Origin: Carcharhinus longimanus
Lineage: Eukaryota
Assembly: GCA_030264375.1 (NCBI GenBank)
Contig: JASCQW010000032.1
Span: forward strand, 39,525,874-39,580,789
Length of the DNA stretch: 54,916 nucleotides
Direction of reading: 5' to 3'
The notes beneath the pieces were generated by a model that worked only from the letters and a program-made list of their open reading frames with translations, had not been told where the DNA came from and ran no database searches. A program made the position numbers and the translations under genes. Positions 52,293-54,916 of this stretch are shown here, piece by piece; within the stretch, counting starts at the first letter, position 1, and each line of letters opens with the position of its first letter.

Positions 52293-53789
52293 TTATTCAT
52301 TTTAAAATTAGACTTCAAACACATTAAGCAACAATCTAAAAAGGGAACAGTCATTAACAAGTGTGCGATTCCCCAGTTTGGTATAGACAGTTTATGGTTA
52401 ATCTTGAACATTTACCCAGTTACGTTATTTCAGTAATAGAAGGGGACAACTTCCATGTATTATTGACTTTAAACCCCTTTCTGCAAAGGATAGCAACAGT
52501 CCAAGCCCAGGTAAAAGTATCGATTTTGAAATGGCAAAACTGACAGTAACACACTAGCGTTGTCTCATGTCACTGTGCAGAGTCTATTTACTATAAACTT
52601 TACCTACTGTATTGTAAATGCAAATTAAGGCCTTTGCTTAAACTCATATTTCCACTGTATTTGAGCTATACAGCACCAAATTTGGGAAGGCAATGAGAAA
52701 GAGATCCAGTGCAGTAATCCACAACAGACTCTGACCAATAAGTTTCAGGCAACTACTATTTTCACAACTAATCGTCAAAAGCGTTTACTGCAATGTTGCC
52801 AGGGTCATTTTAGAACATAATTTACAATTAACTGATACATCTCAAGCAGAGGACAAAGGAGATACTTGAGATAATAAACTTGATAAGGTGGCGTAAATCC
52901 ATAAATATGACAATGTTAGAAAATTTAATTTCATGTTGTTAATGACTATTGGCTCTTCCATATTGTTGCTCATGGTAACTCAGAGGATATATATTGGCTT
53001 AAAATGATAGAAGCACTAACCATGAATGAAAATATGTTCAGTTTATTAAAATATAAATGCAATCAACAGTCCTATGATTGAATTTACTGAAAAAAATACA
53101 AATTTAAAACAACTCGAAAGCAAGGATTAAAATCAGAGAAAAGCTATGAATGCAACAGTGCAGGGTAATGCCACACAACTGGAAATAACTTGAGTAATTA
53201 CAACGGGAAAGTTATGTTAGAACGATGACACTCCAACTCAACTATTAAAATGTCAAAAACTACAGGAAGTAAAAATTAAAAACTATTGAATTTGAGACAA
53301 TGTAGGATGCAAAATCAACATGGTCAAAAGCAGCACCACATGAGCAAACAAAGCAGTAAATAAAATTGAAGGAAAAAGTTGAAAACCACGAAATAAGAAA
53401 AATAAATCAGCTGACTGAAACAGCCACCTTAGGCCCTAAAATAGTAGCACATCAAGAGAAATTTACTACAGCATATCTTACTCCAGTCCTACAGATCCTC
53501 CCACTCAAATTCATGTTCAGTAAGTGATTTTTTTTAATATGCATGAGCTTATTGCTTTATTGAGTTCTGCGGTATACTTTACATCGTACAGAAATGAAGG
53601 CATTTGACAATGTAGAACTTCTGGCAGATGTTGTGCAAAAGCCCAACTGGACTACACGATGCTGCAGCAAAGGCCTCATCCAACTTCCAAAACAAAATTA
53701 CGAAGTACAATGACAACTCCATCAAATTCAGGCATTTGTCATAATTAAAAGGAAAGAATGGCCCATTGACAGTGTTAATACCCCAGCAC

Positions 53790-54100
53790 ACTGCAAAGCA
53801 CTTCATAGCAATCCTGACACGTAGTTGTTGTCATAATCTATGGAAACACAGCAAACAATTTGCAAAGTCCTATCAACAATGATGTACATAACCAGATAAT
53901 CTATTTAATGATGTTGGCCAAAGGAAAAATATTAGCCAAGACACTGGGAGAATGGTGAACAGCACCATGGAATATTTCAAGTCCACTTCATGGGTGAATG
54001 TTTACTGCATTAAAATGTTAGGTGGGATTATACGCTCAAATCTCTGGAGTAAGACTCAAACACAAACTTTTAAATCAGAAGCAAGAGCACTGAGGCCAAA
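53790..54100 (-). mobile_element. Deu-domain SINE, decayed
   Basis: GGAAACACAGCAAACAATTTGC..ACCAGATAATCT..GATGTTGG..ATATTAGCCAAGACACTGGGAGAA matches the reverse Deu core as recalled. Confidence 0.65.
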
Positions 54101-54916
54101 ACAAGTACAATGAATGATGCAACAGATCTAAATATCTAAATATTTACAGGCTCACTAAACTAACTCCTCTCCCCCAAAAAAGTATTGTTTTGAACAGCCA
54201 GTGACAATGAGAAACATGGAAGGTTAGTCATGTTGCACTCCAGGAATCAAGTCAAATAGACTGTTAATTAAGCCCAACAATTGCCTTGAGTATTGAAATA
54301 AATAAAATAAAGAAAGATGACCAAGGATGTAAGTGCAATGTCTGCAAAACAGTTCTAATATAGAACAGATTCTTTTTGACAGAATAAATAGTAAACCAAC
54401 AATCGAGGCAAAAATTCCAGGAGAATTTAACAATTCTCTGGTCAGTGTAATGAAACACAATTACATCGCAAATAAGAGAGAGAGAGCGAGAAAAACGTCA
54501 GTGCAACTAGAGACAAATGTTTAAATGTGCCCAGCTATTAGGTCACTCTTTGTACAATCAAGTACATAATATTTACCTCCCATAAAAAAAATTGCCAGGT
54601 CTCCCTATCCCAATCAGGGGAAAAGCTGATACTCAAATCCTTAAGGAAATTCCACTTTGGTTAACAATTTTCTCCATTCATTCTCTTATCTATATACAAC
54701 TGTATTTGCAAAATGAAAAACTAACATTTTTAGGTGCTGCTTTAAGTTGAGCAATATAGCCAAGAAACTTCCTTACTGAACATGATCTTGTTCCATTCCT
54801 ACTGATTGTCACTCCAGGTAATTTAAAACCTTTACTCTGTATCTATTTTTTATTACAGGTCATCAATAAAACAGTAATTAGAGGAAGTCACTCTGCATGA
54901 CCCATATGTGACTGTG

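Overview
This is eukaryotic, AT-rich, CpG-poor, repeat-dense genomic DNA with several N-gaps, most likely from a shark or other elasmobranch (inferred from HE1/V-SINE-like, Deu-type SINE, CR1, L2, Rex1/Babar, RTE and Penelope-type repeats recognised from memory). The only host gene is AGPS (peroxisomal alkylglycerone-phosphate synthase, ether-lipid synthesis) on the minus strand. Six internal coding exons, equivalent to human exons 2-7 (90, 91, 121, 75, 72 and 80 bp), have AG/GT boundaries and splice into one open frame. Exon 1 and exon 8 onward were not found, so the whole window is probably intragenic. The listed ORFs are chance ORFs, gap artefacts or decayed transposon fragments. I found no prokaryote-like system and no convincing new multi-gene system. 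The most interesting signals are at the RNA-structure and transposon level: a minimal hammerhead ribozyme motif in a TSD-flanked Penelope-type insert sense to AGPS; a 35-bp near-perfect hairpin made inside a Rex1 copy; an RTE/CR1 chimeric LINE; V-SINEs with swapped 3' tails; inverted SINEs bracketing exons 3-6; and several nested insertions. Repeat family names are from recall and repeat boundaries are approximate unless TIRs or TSDs are given.
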